Shown here one piece after another: positions 26,636 through 27,974 of a DNA stretch of 27,974 bases (position 1 is the stretch's first letter; each line of letters starts with the position of its first letter). Both the position numbers and the translations under genes were made by a program. The stretch comes from Bdellovibrionales bacterium. GTDB taxonomy: Bacteria; Bdellovibrionota; Bdellovibrionia; Bdellovibrionales; JAGQZY01. The stretch spans positions 1 to 27,974 of the forward strand of contig JANPLN010000017.1 of assembly GCA_031426555.1 (NCBI GenBank). Reading direction: 5' to 3'. Below the pieces are notes generated by a model. That model was not told where the DNA came from and did not search any database. It saw only the letters and a list, made by a program, of their open reading frames with translations.

Positions 26636-27405
26636 GTCTAATTGGTTTAATTCCAGCCGCCGGCAAAGGAACGCGACTGCATCCGTTGCCGTTTTCGAAG
26701 GAGCTTTATCCCATTGGTTACCACGAGGTGCAAATTGATGGTGAAAGTAAGCTCCGACCCAAAGTGGTCAGTCAGTATTTAGTAAATCATATGACTCGCA
26801 TGGGAGTGGAAAAAATTATCATCACCTTGGGCCCGGGAAAATCAGATATTATGGATTACTACGGCTCGGGGAGAACCACCGGTGTGCCCATCGTTTACAA
26901 TTTTCAAAGCGTCGCAAAAGGCATGCCCTATGCACTGGATCTGTCCTTCCCATGGATTCGCCCCGACGACGTTATCGTCTTTGGGATGTCGGACACTATC
27001 ATCGAACCAGTAAATGCATTTGTAGATTTGAAAACCACTTTCGAAAAAATAAAACCTGATTTGATGCTAGGTTTATTTCCTACACAAAATCCGAAAAAGT
27101 TCGGAATGGTGGATTACAATCCACAGACTCATTTGGTCGCAGCGACCATTGATAAACCGAAGGAGACCAAGCTCACACACATGTGGGGCTGTTGTTTTTG
27201 GAACTATACCTTTTGCAAATTTATGCACGACTTTTTAAAAACTTGCACGGTCAGCGAAGGGAAAGAGGTTGTTTTTGGCGATGTGATCAATCAGGCCATC
27301 AAACAAGGCTTACGTGTGTGCGGCCAGTCGGTAAACGAAGGCCGCTATATCGATATCGGAACCATCGAGGATCTTGATCAGGCCATCAAACAATTTCATT
27401 TGTAA
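26632..27405 (+). CDS. Sugar-1-phosphate nucleotidyltransferase (RmlA/dTDP-glucose pyrophosphorylase-like)
   Basis: Motifs GLIPAAGKGTRLHPLPFSKEL, FGMV, IDKP and YIDIGT; ATGA overlap with the GT2 gene. Confidence 0.9.
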   Translation: MSLIGLIPAAGKGTRLHPLPFSKELYPIGYHEVQIDGESKLRPKVVSQYLVNHMTRMGVEKIIITLGPGKSDIMDYYGSGRTTGVPIVYNFQSVAKGMPYALDLSFPWIRPDDVIVFGMSDTIIEPVNAFVDLKTTFEKIKPDLMLGLFPTQNPKKFGMVDYNPQTHLVAATIDKPKETKLTHMWGCCFWNYTFCKFMHDFLKTCTVSEGKEVVFGDVINQAIKQGLRVCGQSVNEGRYIDIGTIEDLDQAIKQFHL

Positions 27406-27974
27406 ATGAGTCCTTGCCCCGTGGGTAAGGACAACACTTGTTTACCGTGCTTCAGACAAAAATCATCGAAACCGCGCTTTTGCCGTTCGTGTCCAATATT
27501 GTTGTAATCATCCAGCACCACGATTCCACCGGCGCTTAACTTGGGCCAAAAGTACTCGATGGCTGCGATTTCGGGAGCAAGGGCGTTCATGTCGAGGGAT
27601 AAAAAGCAGATTTTTTCGCTGGTGACTTTTGGCAAAGTGGCGGGGACTTCGCCTTTTACAATCACCACATTCTGGAAATCGCGAAAATTAGCGACCACTT
27701 GATCGTAGCACTCCTCATATTTGTTGCGGCTGGTTTCGTCGTCGGCAAGGCAATGCGTGGGCGTTCCTTGGTAGGTATCAAGCAGGTAAAACTTTTTTGC
27801 TGTAGAGCTTGTAAAGCCTGTGTAGTGAATCGCTGCCCGTGCCATGCCGCCTTTATTGACTCCGCACTCCACATAATCACCGGGAAGGTCTTTGCAGTGA
27901 AACGCGCTCCAGCAGTAAATATATGCGCGGTACTCAGGGTCCACCTGTCCCCAGGCGCCTTGAAACGAGCCTGT
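27396..27974 (-). CDS. TylF/MycF/NovP-family O-methyltransferase; 5' end lies beyond the right edge
   Basis: Motifs PGDYVECGVNKG, LLDTYQG, LSLDMN, GGIVVLDDY and LPTGQG. The frame stays open from 27944 to the window end (TGSFQGAWGQVDPEY). Confidence 0.88.
   Translation of the reverse strand, partial: TGSFQGAWGQVDPEYRAYIYCWSAFHCKDLPGDYVECGVNKGGMARAAIHYTGFTSSTAKKFYLLDTYQGTPTHCLADDETSRNKYEECYDQVVANFRDFQNVVIVKGEVPATLPKVTSEKICFLSLDMNALAPEIAAIEYFWPKLSAGGIVVLDDYNNIGHERQKRGFDDFCLKHGKQVLSLPTGQGLIYK

Noticed and set aside
424..27880. Many 60-160 aa ORFs nested in or antisense to the long genes
   Set aside because: They lie within well-supported CDSs and show no motifs or translation signals, as expected of chance ORFs.

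Overview
This is a gene-dense bacterial chromosome segment of moderate GC. Its content (many short signal-peptide proteins, a secreted endonuclease I, a DsbA lipoprotein, a DUF1501/cytochrome c module) suggests Bdellovibrionota/Oligoflexia; that placement is inference only. From left to right it holds: the partial trhO/yceA gene (minus strand, absent from the ORF track), a SAM methyltransferase, prfC, and a secreted trypsin-like protease convergent with an intact DinB-type polymerase across a perfect 25-bp inverted repeat. Next come a His-rich TPR protein, an ABC-2 transporter pair, a three-gene exported diheme lipoprotein/small protein/Tat-DUF1501 operon, a small lipoprotein, pfkA and dsbA. 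A minus-strand run of small secreted proteins, headed by endonuclease I and ending in a TraB/TIKI/EreA-like protein, follows. The right end is a glycan locus (4 GT4, 2 GT2, a sugar-1-phosphate nucleotidyltransferase, a partial TylF O-methyltransferase) interrupted by DUF4234, DUF2752 and a stand-alone PqqD/RRE gene. The most interesting items are the orphan RRE module inside the glycosyltransferase locus, the DUF1501-cytochrome operon, and a recurrent TAnnnT-6nt-start codon pattern at six genes that points to frequent leaderless mRNAs. I saw no rRNA, tRNA, CRISPR array, integrase or transposase. Family assignments come from motif recognition by eye, not from database searches.
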